A stretch of DNA of 36,805 nucleotides, from positions 1 through 36,805 of the forward strand of contig DATKWN010000033.1 of the NCBI GenBank assembly GCA_035529515.1, given 5' to 3'. The stretch's first letter is position 1. Every line of letters begins with the position of its first letter. The stretch comes from Candidatus Krumholzibacteriaceae bacterium. Its GTDB lineage: Archaea > Thermoproteota > Bathyarchaeia > TCS64. A program made the translations under genes and the position numbers. Below the pieces are notes generated by a model, which searched no databases, was not told the DNA's origin, and saw only the letters and a program-made list of their open reading frames with translations. Below, piece by piece: positions 24,628-32,771 of this stretch.

Positions 24628-25830
24628 TTATATTACTCCGAGTTTCTTTCCGCCTTCTTTTAATGCGTCCAAGGCTTTATCCAGCTGTTCCATGTTGTGT
24701 TTTGTGCACAGTTGAACTCTTATTCTTGCTTTTTCCCTTGCGACCATGGGGTAGAATATCGGCAGGACGAATATTCCCTTCGACCAGAGGTAATCTGCAA
24801 GATCTTTGGATATTTTGCTTCTTCCACACATCACAGGGATGATGGGTGTCTCTGTGTTGCCAGTATCAAATCCGGCGTCCTTCAAACCATCGAGGAGATA
24901 ATCGCGGTTTTCCCAAACTTTTCTAACATGTTCTGGCTCGGTTTCGAGCACGTCTATGGCAGCGATGCAGGCCGCGGCAACACCTGGTGGGACGGCGCCA
25001 CTTAAAAGCCATGTTCTAGCCTTGTTGTAGGCGAAGTTTCTCAGGTCTTCGCAGCCGGAGATGTGTCCACCTATGACTCCAAAGGCCTTTGAGAAGGTTC
25101 CCATCTCGACGTGGACATCGTCCCTTCCTAGACCGAGATGGTCCACTATGCCCCTGCCGCCTTCACCTAGGACACCCTCGCCATGGGCGTCGTCGACATA
25201 TACGCCTGCTCCACGTTCTTTGGCGATTTTAGCGATCTCTCTGAGTGGTGCTAGGTCTCCACCCATGCTGAAGACCCCGTCCGTTAGAACCCAAATGTGC
25301 CTGTAGAGTGGCTCATGTTTTTCGGCTTCGTCCATAACGCGCGTCAGGTCCTCTACATCCTTATGCTTGAATATAGCTCTCTCAGCTCGGCTCAGTCTAA
25401 CTCCGTCGATTATCGAGCCGTGGTTCAATTCATCCGAGACGAAGAGGTCTCCCCTGCCAGCGAGTTGGGGAATCAACCCCTCGTTGACCATGTAACCAGT
25501 CTGGAACGTTAGTGAGGCTGGAGCTTTCTTGAACTTCGCAAGACGACGGTCTATCTCCTCGTGCAGAGTCATATTACCAGAGATCGACCGGTCGCTTCCT
25601 GCACCAGCTCCAAATTTGCGTGTCGCCTCGATCGTTGCTTCAACAACTTTTGGGTGAGTAGCCAGGTTAAGATAGTTGTTTGAACCGAGCATTAGGACCT
25701 CTTTTCAGTCTACCCTGCAGACCGGTTCGCTTGGAGACTCGAGAACCTTAAGCTCCCAGTTGAGGCTCTCATTGACCAAGCGCCGATATTCCTTGCCTAA
25801 ATACTCTGTTGGATGACATGTACTTGACAT
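24628..25830 (-). pseudogene. kbl: 2-amino-3-ketobutyrate CoA ligase (glycine C-acetyltransferase) interrupted by an in-frame TGA
   Basis: The track ORF 24628-25692 (MLGSNNYLNLATHP..., PLP-Lys context GTFSKAFG) lacks the family N-terminus. That N-terminus is encoded in the same frame upstream from ATG 25830 (MSSTCHPTEYLGKEYRRLVNESLNWELKVLESPSEPVCRVD). A single TGA at 25705-25707 separates the two parts: ...CRVD-stop-KEVLMLGSNNYL. Confidence 0.65.
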
Positions 25831-26048
25831 ATTAACCATGTTACGAAGCTTATATTCACGCCTTTCTAATATTTATCATGCTTGGGTTCCCGCCTTTACA
25901 CTCTTGTTTTTCGCCGCACGGAATCCGAAGTAGCAGAAATACGCCTCAATTTAGAAATGTTAAATGGTGCTTTGTGGATTAATTGGTTTGGTTTGGGGTT
26001 TGTTCTCTCCTGTTCTCCACGTTTCCGGGTTTCTGATCCCCTCTGTTT

Positions 26049-26282
26049 TCACAGGTTGACACGTAGGTTGTAGAGGGCGATCTTGGTCACCAGCCCCCTA
26101 GCGATGTTCTTCAGAGTCATGACCATACTGTGCTCCACGAAGAGACGTTTGAAGGTGAAGAACACGGTCTCTGCCATCCATCGCCTACCATAGCCCTTGA
26201 GCTTAGCCCAATCATCGTAGCCTAGGTCCATGAACTGCCTCACCGCGAGCCTCCTGGTCGGTGATAAACACCATGGTCGATC
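26049..26282 (-). mobile_element. Remnant of an IS4/IS5-type DDE transposase gene (C-terminal ~70 codons only)
   Basis: The translation ...DDWAKLKGYGRRWMAETVFFTFKRLFVEHSMVMTLKNIARGLVTKIALYNL matches the C-terminal Y..R(R)W..E..F...K catalytic-Glu region of IS4/IS5 transposases. The frame is closed by a stop at 26283-26285. No N-terminal part and no inverted repeats were seen. Confidence 0.6.
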
Positions 26283-26343
26283 TCAACATCTTTGAAATAA
26301 ACATTTTATCTAGATCGTCTCATAGTATAATTGTGGTTATTGT

Positions 26344-27321
26344 ATGTCTAGAAGGTTTATGAAGCGGATCCTTGTCACCGGCGCCACCGGCCAGATTGGG
26401 TCAGAGCTGGTGCCTGAGCTCCGCAGGATACACGGCAACGAAAATGTCGTGGTTGGTGCTCATCAGAGGCCACTGTCCGAAGACCTGAAGGAGTCCGGCC
26501 CATTTGAGACCGTGGATGTCACCGATAGAGACTCCATCGAGAAGGTGATGGAACAGTACGACATCGACACCATCTATCATATGGCTGCGATACTATCTGC
26601 TGCAGGTGAGAAGAATCCTTTACTGGCATGGGATGTAAATATAAATGGCACCCTAAACGTACTGGAATTAGCTAGAAAACATGACATAGTTCGCGTTTGG
26701 CATCCAAGCTCCATTGCCGTATTCGGGCCTGAGACCCCTCAAGACAACACGCCACAGGAGACGGTGCTGAAACCGAGGACGATGTATGGTTTGACGAAAG
26801 TCGCCCTAGAGTTGCTGGGCAACTTCTACTTTGAGAGATTTGGATTGGATGTACGCGGCGTTCGTTACCCTGGGATCATCAGCAGCGATACTCTTCCGGT
26901 TGGCGGAACTACAGACTATGCAGTGGAGATATTTTATGAGGCCATCAAGCAGGGGCATTATACCTGCTTCCTAAGGGAGGACACATTCCTGCCTATGATG
27001 TATATGCCAGATTGCATAAAGGCTACAATAGACCTTATGAATGCGGATCTATCAAAACTAAGACATCACACCGACTTCAACATATCAGCAATGAGTTTTT
27101 CCCCGAATGATCTCGCGGAAGAGATAAAGAAACACATACCTGAGTTTACTATCTCCTACGATCCTGATAGCAGACAGGCCATCGCAGATTCCTGGCCAAA
27201 AACTATCGACGACTCCGTGGCCTGTGAGGAATGGGGATGGAAGCCCAGCTATGATCTAGCTGCAATGACGAAAGACATGCTGAAAAAACTCAGAATACGA
27301 TACGAATCAGGTCAACTCTAA
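26344..27321 (+). CDS. tdh: L-threonine 3-dehydrogenase, short-chain (UDP-glucose-4-epimerase-like) type
   Basis: 325 aa with the Rossmann motif VTGATGQIGSEL, catalytic Y-x3-K (YGLTK), and GGTTDYAVEIFYEAIK and LPMMYMPD blocks. These closely resemble the SDR-type TDH characterised in Thermoplasma and Flavobacterium. It is paired with kbl. Confidence 0.85.
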   Translation: MSRRFMKRILVTGATGQIGSELVPELRRIHGNENVVVGAHQRPLSEDLKESGPFETVDVTDRDSIEKVMEQYDIDTIYHMAAILSAAGEKNPLLAWDVNINGTLNVLELARKHDIVRVWHPSSIAVFGPETPQDNTPQETVLKPRTMYGLTKVALELLGNFYFERFGLDVRGVRYPGIISSDTLPVGGTTDYAVEIFYEAIKQGHYTCFLREDTFLPMMYMPDCIKATIDLMNADLSKLRHHTDFNISAMSFSPNDLAEEIKKHIPEFTISYDPDSRQAIADSWPKTIDDSVACEEWGWKPSYDLAAMTKDMLKKLRIRYESGQL

Positions 27322-27499
27322 TAATAACATGTATCGTTACGATATCTAAGTTAAAATTTTTTAAATAAATATTCAAAAATACAAACCAATCCTATAATAT
27401 TAATAGATTCTTCCATCGATCCCGAGCAAAAAACCAAGCCATACAACAAAGAACAAAAATCTTAAAAATTATAACTACTCATCAATTTATAGAGTTAAG

Positions 27500-30052
27500 A
27501 TGAGTAAACAAACATTATCACCAAAAGATTTCTTCGGCTTCCAGCTTGGAAGCGATAGGAAGATCGCTCGATGGGAAAAGATCGTGGAGTACTTCAATAA
27601 ACTTCAAGAGCAAAACGATAAGATCAAGGTCATAGATATGGGTCCTACAACAGAGGGTAACCCGTTTCTACTTGTCATAATATCCTCGGCTGACAACCTC
27701 GGCAACCTAGAACGCCTCAAGGAGGTGAACGCAAAGATCAGTGACCCCCGAGGCCTATCCCAAGAAGATGTCAAAGGACTAATAGCAGAGGGCAAAGCCG
27801 TCATCTGCCAGTCAATGAGCCTCCACGCCACAGAGATCGGCGGCACCCAGATGGCACCAGAACTAGCCTACGACCTGCTGACGAGGGAGGACGAGGAAAC
27901 CCAGAGGATACTGGACAACGTCGTATTCTTGATGATCCCTTGCTTCAACCCAGACGGCGAGATAATGGTCGCAGACTGGTACAAAAAATGGCTCGACACC
28001 GAGTACGAGGGCACGAACCTACCTTGGCTGTACCATAAATACGTAGGACACGACAACAACAGGGACGCTTTCATGACGAACATGGTGGAATCGAAGTACG
28101 CCGCAAAGATAATGTACCAGGATTGGCATCCCCAAGCTTACCAGGACCACCACCACATGGGCAGCTATGGTGCCCGGCTCTATATAGCACCCTACTCTGA
28201 TCCCATCCACCCTCATGGCGACCCGCTGATCTGGAGAGAGCACAGCTGGTACGGTGCCCATATGGCATATAAGCTTGAGGAGGCCGAGAAGACTGGGATA
28301 CTAAACGCCGCGATATTCTCTGGCTGGGCTCACATGGGTTTCCACTGGCTCGGTATCTACCACAACATCGCCAGCATGCTCACAGAGTCCGCGAGCGCCA
28401 AGCTCGCCACCCCCCTATATATCCACCCAGAACAACTCCTAGGCAGAGGCTACGACAACCTCGTCGGAACACAACTTTTTCCCCACTACAAACCCCAGAC
28501 CACCTTCCCCCATCCTTGGCAGGGAGGCTGGTGGAAGCTAAGGGATATCGTCGAACAACAGAAGATCGCATCATGGGCGTTACTGGACATAGCCGCCCGG
28601 TGCAAGGAGACGGTGCTCTGGAACGCCTACCTGAAGGCTAAGAGGCAGACAGAGAGGGGTGCCGAAGGCGAGCCCTACGCATTCGTAATACCGAATACTC
28701 AGCATGATCCCCTGACTGCCAAGTTGCTAATCGAGAAGCTTCTGGTTCAGGGCATTGAGATCCACAGGGCTGCGAAGGAGTTCAAGGTGGAATCTCTGAC
28801 ATATCCGGCTGCATCTTACGTGATATTCCTCGCTCAGCCCAAGAGGGGCGTAATAAAGACGCTGCTTGAGCATACTTTCTACCCCGATGATGCTTGGACA
28901 AGAAAGCAGGATGGATCACCCTATCGACCTTACGACAGTGCAACAGACACGATGGCAGAGTTCATGGGCGTACAAGTAGATCCTGTGAAGAAGAAGTTCG
29001 AGGGCGAATTCGAGATAGTATCCAAATACGAGAAGCCTACAGGTAAGATCGAAGGTAAATCAACCTTCGGCTATCTATTCGACTGCAGGCTCAACAACAG
29101 TTTCAGGGCCGTTAACCTCCTCCTCGCAAAGGACATCAAAGTCCAAAGAGTCAAGGAAGAGGTTGTTGCAGGAGGAGCCACCTATCCACCAGGAGCCTTC
29201 ATCGCAGGAGTAGACTCCGAGGCCACGCTTGAGAAGGTGGCCAAGGATACAGGCGTCGACTTCATTGCACTGGATAAGGATCTGGAGACCGAGGAGATCA
29301 AACAGATGCACATTGGCATGTACCAGCGGTACTGGGGAGGCAACGCCGACGAGGGCTGGACCCGTTTCGTCCTTGAACAGTTCGATTTCCCCTACGACAC
29401 CCTCATGGACGAGGATATCCTCAAGGGAGACCTCGACAGCTATGACGCCATAATACTGCCCAGCGACTCCCCAGCCATGATCACCGGAGGCGACGAACTC
29501 CAGAAATGGTGGAAAGAGAAAAGGCCCAACCAGCCCCTCCCAGAGTACCCGCCGGAGTATCAGAGCGGCATCGGCGACGAGGGCGTAAAAGCCATAAAGG
29601 AGTTCACTGAGAAAGGTGGGACACTGATTACGCTCGGAGATGCCTGCGACTTCGCCATAGAGAAGCTAGAGTTAAAGATGAGGAACTCCCTTAAGGATAT
29701 CGATCCCAAGGAGTTCTATTGTCCAGGCTCGACGCTAAAGGCAAAGGCAGACATTTCCCATCCCCTCGCCTACGGCATGCCCGAGGACATGCTCCTTCTG
29801 CTATGGAGTTCCCAGGCCTTCGAGGTCTTACCTCACGGGTTCAACGAAGACTACGAGGTCGTAGTGAAATATCCTGAGCGGGACATACTGCAGAGCGGAT
29901 GGCTCATCGGCGAGGAGAAGATAGCGAAAAAATACGCAATGATCTCAGCCAAATGTGGAGAAGGCAAGGTAGTTCTCATCGGGTTCAGACCCCAGAACAG
30001 GGCCCAGACACATGGCACCTACAAACTATTATTTAATAGTCTCTTCTGCTAA
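27500..30052 (+). CDS. M14-family zinc carboxypeptidase-like protein with a large C-terminal extension
   Basis: 850 aa. The M14 zinc-ligand motif HxxE (SLHATEIGG) and CFNPDGE lie in the N-terminal third. No signal peptide is visible. The C-terminal part (YDAIILPSDSP...GGTLITLGDA) resembles a class-I glutamine-amidotransferase/DJ-1-like fold, by eye only. Confidence 0.7.
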   Translation: MSKQTLSPKDFFGFQLGSDRKIARWEKIVEYFNKLQEQNDKIKVIDMGPTTEGNPFLLVIISSADNLGNLERLKEVNAKISDPRGLSQEDVKGLIAEGKAVICQSMSLHATEIGGTQMAPELAYDLLTREDEETQRILDNVVFLMIPCFNPDGEIMVADWYKKWLDTEYEGTNLPWLYHKYVGHDNNRDAFMTNMVESKYAAKIMYQDWHPQAYQDHHHMGSYGARLYIAPYSDPIHPHGDPLIWREHSWYGAHMAYKLEEAEKTGILNAAIFSGWAHMGFHWLGIYHNIASMLTESASAKLATPLYIHPEQLLGRGYDNLVGTQLFPHYKPQTTFPHPWQGGWWKLRDIVEQQKIASWALLDIAARCKETVLWNAYLKAKRQTERGAEGEPYAFVIPNTQHDPLTAKLLIEKLLVQGIEIHRAAKEFKVESLTYPAASYVIFLAQPKRGVIKTLLEHTFYPDDAWTRKQDGSPYRPYDSATDTMAEFMGVQVDPVKKKFEGEFEIVSKYEKPTGKIEGKSTFGYLFDCRLNNSFRAVNLLLAKDIKVQRVKEEVVAGGATYPPGAFIAGVDSEATLEKVAKDTGVDFIALDKDLETEEIKQMHIGMYQRYWGGNADEGWTRFVLEQFDFPYDTLMDEDILKGDLDSYDAIILPSDSPAMITGGDELQKWWKEKRPNQPLPEYPPEYQSGIGDEGVKAIKEFTEKGGTLITLGDACDFAIEKLELKMRNSLKDIDPKEFYCPGSTLKAKADISHPLAYGMPEDMLLLLWSSQAFEVLPHGFNEDYEVVVKYPERDILQSGWLIGEEKIAKKYAMISAKCGEGKVVLIGFRPQNRAQTHGTYKLLFNSLFC

Positions 30053-30104
30053 AATCTATCCTCCTTTTTATTTCAATAAATTCACAAATGATTTTTGTTT
30101 TATT

Positions 30105-30461
30105 TCAGAATGGAAAGAACCTTCTCCAGCCTTTCTTGGGAGACTTACCTTCCTCCACCGCCCTAGCCTTTTTCCGCCTAATCTTCTCTTCCTGTTTCCC
30201 TCTTTCCTCCAGCTCTTGGATGAGCCTCTCCACGTTCTCCTTGTTCTGAAAGGTGGCTAGGTAGGGCATGCTCCTGTCGCCTATGAAGGGAATGAACGGA
30301 GCGATCATGAAGCGGGACAGCTGCCCCCCGACAGATGCAAGGGGCTTAATAGACTCCAAGACTAGGATGGCTATGAGATCCATATCGTATTTATATATGG
30401 TCTCAGCCGCCTTCTTGATCATCTCGTCTTTTTCTTTATCGGATGGGTTATCCCACATCAT
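30105..30461 (-). CDS. Hypothetical small protein with a basic C-terminal tail
   Basis: 118 aa with no recognisable motif. It has its own AT-rich upstream region (AAATAAATAAATATT on the minus strand). The central part is hydrophobic and the tail is Lys/Arg-rich (EEKIRRKKARAVEEGKSPKKGWRRFFPF). Confidence 0.5.
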   Translation of the reverse strand: MMWDNPSDKEKDEMIKKAAETIYKYDMDLIAILVLESIKPLASVGGQLSRFMIAPFIPFIGDRSMPYLATFQNKENVERLIQELEERGKQEEKIRRKKARAVEEGKSPKKGWRRFFPF

Positions 30462-30565
30462 TGGTGCATCTCATATCTTTTGTATTATTGAATATTTATT
30501 TATTTGTCTTCAATAGAGGAAAAAATCGTTAAGCTGAAGGGCATGGAAACTAGCGTTAATGAGAA

Positions 30566-30580
30566 TAATAAAAAAGGGGG
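30566..30580 (-). terminator. Oligo-T tract after the four-gene membrane operon
   Basis: The minus strand reads CCCCCTTTTTTATTATTC about 15 nt downstream of the stop at 30591-30593. Confidence 0.4.
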
Positions 30581-30590
30581 TTGAGTAAGT

Positions 30591-31271
30591 CTATCTTCCA
30601 GTGTACCACTCGATCTTATTGGTCTTGTAGCCGTATATTAGGATGACAACTATGATCACTAGGAACGCGTAAGTAATCATACTGACCCGTGGATCTAGCA
30701 TGGCGACTAGGCGACCTATGACCAGTTCCATCCTGAATGAGACGGTCTGCCCGTAGGTCACTCCGAAGGCACACAGCAGGAACACCCTGCCGCCTGTGTG
30801 TATGTACTTGTAGACTCCAGATTCTTGGGTCGTGAAGATGAAGTAGGCAGCGGTTAAGCATGTTCCGATCACCATCACTATGTTGTTAAACGAGTTCAAA
30901 GGGAGCACCGTCGCTTGGATCTGCCCCAAGAAGTCTGCCATCACCGTCGTCCTCATGGCGAGCCCTAGGCCCACTCCCACCGTCAACACGACGGGGTATC
31001 GTGAGATCCACATGTACTTAGCCTTTAGACGGCCCAGCAACATCAGAGAGAGGAGTATGGCGATTATGTAGACGAATTCTCCCTCAGCCACCTTGCTGAG
31101 GGCATTCTTACGTATGAAGTCCCAGTTCACCGCGAAAATGTAGCCACCGAGTATTCCCATGTAGATGTTCTCTGTGATTCTAGAGATCGGGTTATCGCCG
31201 ATCAGGACAGAATAGGCTCCGAGAGAGACAAGCGACCCAGCTATCAATCCTAATATCTCTGCGTCCATCAA
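30591..31271 (-). CDS. Uncharacterised polytopic membrane protein (B2)
   Basis: 226 aa with about 6-7 hydrophobic helices. The start is TTG 31271 or ATG 31268; the ATG overlaps the upstream stop (TGATG). No family recognised. Confidence 0.7.
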   Translation of the reverse strand: MMDAEILGLIAGSLVSLGAYSVLIGDNPISRITENIYMGILGGYIFAVNWDFIRKNALSKVAEGEFVYIIAILLSLMLLGRLKAKYMWISRYPVVLTVGVGLGLAMRTTVMADFLGQIQATVLPLNSFNNIVMVIGTCLTAAYFIFTTQESGVYKYIHTGGRVFLLCAFGVTYGQTVSFRMELVIGRLVAMLDPRVSMITYAFLVIIVVILIYGYKTNKIEWYTGR

Positions 31272-32107
31272 GCCTCACCTCTCATCCTCTGTATGAAGTA
31301 CAGTACGTTTCCAAGGATCACCAGTAACATCCAGAGCAGTCCTCCAAAGTTAGTCGCCATGGCCTGCCCCAGGGCTGGTCCAGGCAGGCTGAGGAGGAAC
31401 TCGTACTCCGCGGATCCCCTAACCCCGCCGAACAAGCCTTGCAGCTGACCTGCGCTGATGTAGGGACTGAAGTTGGGAACCTCATTTGTCGTACACATGC
31501 CAGTCATTGGAATGTCGAAAGGCACTGAGACCTGCCGTACACCATACCCTATGCTAGCTTCGGATCCGCCCCACCAAAGGACGGCAGAAAACGCAGTTGC
31601 GTCGTTGATACCCTCCAACAGGGGGATGTCATCGATGGGCGTGCCGAAATAGTCCGCTGAAACCGTGGCACGGATATCGTTGACAAGCGAGCCTACGCCA
31701 GCCTCCCCTCCTGCGATATATCCCAAGTGAACCCAGTTCACACCGTTTTCGGCGGGCGTACCAGCAGGAAGTTTATCTAAAGCCGTCTCGATGGCTGTCA
31801 TCGTCCAGACATTCTGCTCCGTACCGATGCTAAATAAAACGATCTTCACGCCTTTCGTTAGCATATGATAGATCTGAACCACCATCCCAGGTCCACCCTG
31901 GGGGTAGGTGGCGGCATTTAATCCGCCCTCGAAGAGGACGATAGATCCCTCTGGGATGCTATCGGAGAAATCGAAAGCCTTCTGAGAGTAGTCCTGAATC
32001 GCCATCGGAAGGATGACGGGGTTCAAGATGGGGAAGGCCAACGCGATGAACATTAAGACGAAGATGATCCTCGGGTCGAGGTTCAGTAACCTATCCATTA
32101 TACTCAT
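31268..32107 (-). CDS. Uncharacterised bitopic membrane protein with a large central soluble domain (A2)
   Basis: I place the start at ATG 32107 (MSIMDRLLNLDPRIIFVLMFIALAFPIL...). It is preceded by GGAGGAG and lies 1 nt after the stop of the upstream gene. The track start at 32179 would overlap that gene by 71 nt. The protein has N- and C-terminal TM helices around a ~220-aa domain and is distantly similar to A1. Confidence 0.7.
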   Translation of the reverse strand: MSIMDRLLNLDPRIIFVLMFIALAFPILNPVILPMAIQDYSQKAFDFSDSIPEGSIVLFEGGLNAATYPQGGPGMVVQIYHMLTKGVKIVLFSIGTEQNVWTMTAIETALDKLPAGTPAENGVNWVHLGYIAGGEAGVGSLVNDIRATVSADYFGTPIDDIPLLEGINDATAFSAVLWWGGSEASIGYGVRQVSVPFDIPMTGMCTTNEVPNFSPYISAGQLQGLFGGVRGSAEYEFLLSLPGPALGQAMATNFGGLLWMLLVILGNVLYFIQRMRGEA

Positions 32108-32108
32108 C

Positions 32109-32762
32109 TCATTCTCCTCCTGCCCTCTCCTCTCGGATGCCCAGGTGCTCCTTCTGCCTGCCTGTAAACACCCTGACACCTAGACCCATGATGCCCAGCG
32201 ATGTGCCCATGATCATCCCCCTAAAGCCCGCAGAGCTTGGGAAGGATCTAATCCACTCGCCGATTGGAACCACGGGCGGGAATATTATGGCGCCGATGGG
32301 TATCAGCATCATCAGCACGATGAACCCACAAACCAGTAGTACTGCTGCACTCCAGTTCCTAGCCCTGAAGACTCTGTAAGCCGCGGATGTGATGTAGAAA
32401 GCCGTAAGCGAGTAGAGGGCGGCTCCTATGGGTGCTGTCATGTTATTATAGATCCATAGGAAACTCTCGTTCCTGATTCCGATCAGACCTAAGCCGATGG
32501 TGATCAGTAGCGAGACTATGAAGAATATGCTGTAGTACCATTCGCTCTTCTTTTGCGAGATCGTTCTAACGTGGGCTATTGTGAGGAAGATAATCCCTAG
32601 CATCAACGCGGCGGCTGAGACGATTGTCACGAATGACCTTGTAGTGATATTGAAGTTGGTAACAACGTCCGGCATCGGGAAGAAGTGCTCCAAGACCATT
32701 AGAATACCCAAGAGGGCAGTCAGAAAGATCGGGAGCTGAATCTTATATACTCTGTCACTCAT
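32109..32762 (-). CDS. Uncharacterised polytopic membrane protein (B1)
   Basis: 217 aa with about 6 hydrophobic helices. It starts 9 nt after the A1 stop. No family recognised. Confidence 0.7.
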   Translation of the reverse strand: MSDRVYKIQLPIFLTALLGILMVLEHFFPMPDVVTNFNITTRSFVTIVSAAALMLGIIFLTIAHVRTISQKKSEWYYSIFFIVSLLITIGLGLIGIRNESFLWIYNNMTAPIGAALYSLTAFYITSAAYRVFRARNWSAAVLLVCGFIVLMMLIPIGAIIFPPVVPIGEWIRSFPSSAGFRGMIMGTSLGIMGLGVRVFTGRQKEHLGIREERAGGE

Positions 32763-32771
32763 TCATCTCAC

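Noticed and set aside
25705-25707. The TGA in kbl as evidence for a reassigned genetic code (TGA as Gly, as in code 25) or for selenocysteine.
   Set aside because: Other genes in the window end at TGA exactly where family homology ends, for example PEPCK at 2106-2108, paralog 6 at 15372-15374 and the TauE-like gene at 24198-24200. KBL has no known Sec form, and the position is normally Gly rather than Cys. A simple nonsense mutation or sequencing error is more parsimonious.
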